Origin: Lepidodermella squamata
Lineage: Eukaryota; Animalia; Gastrotricha
Direction: 5' to 3'
DNA: 64,000 bases
NCBI GenBank assembly: GCA_047495785.1
Contig: JBLDXI010000001.1
Coordinates: 4,278,001 to 4,342,000, forward strand
Position numbers and translations under genes: made by a program. Within the stretch, counting starts at the first letter, position 1; the number at the start of each line of letters is the position of its first letter. The notes below the pieces were generated by a model. The model ran no database searches and was not told where the DNA came from. It saw nothing but the letters and a program-made list of their open reading frames with translations. Shown piece by piece: positions 63,929 through 64,000 of this stretch.

Positions 63929-64000
63929 TTGCGTTGCAACCGGCAGGGGCGGCGAAGCTACCGGCATTGGCGATATCGGCTCGAACACTGGCGTCTGAGG
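63929..64000 (-). CDS. Possible exon of a gene entering from beyond the right edge
   Basis: GC-rich open frame PQTPVFEPISPMPVASPPLPVATQ ending at donor CAA|gtaaaa. Confidence 0.3.

Noticed and set aside
63810-63998. 62-aa plus-strand ORF with a hydrophobic stretch
   Set aside because: Non-ATG start; the hydrophobic part comes from a T-rich tract, and the minus-strand exon reading is more plausible.

Overview
Eukaryotic, intron-containing animal DNA (GT-AG introns, many about 50 nt; probably an invertebrate, species not identifiable). Bases 1-49.2 kb hold a head-to-tail array of seven minus-strand SLC4 Na+-coupled bicarbonate transporter paralogs (NDCBE/NCBE-like). Copy 1 is intron-expanded, runs off the left edge and looks ancestral. 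Copies 2-5 and 7 are compact and intact. Copy 6 has a frameshift plus a premature stop. Two large introns of copy 1 host five intronless genes for small secreted, cationic, 6-Cys PAN/Apple-like proteins that share a promoter module, plus two orphan promoter relics. A prolyl 4-hydroxylase alpha with an apparently duplicated TPR substrate-binding unit lies between copies 2 and 3. The right 14 kb is gene-poor and TE-rich; it includes an intact Mutator (MULE) element with TIRs and a 9-bp TSD, apparently nested in a Harbinger-like element with two MITEs. All exon coordinates were read by hand from splice signals and frame continuity and are not transcript-validated.
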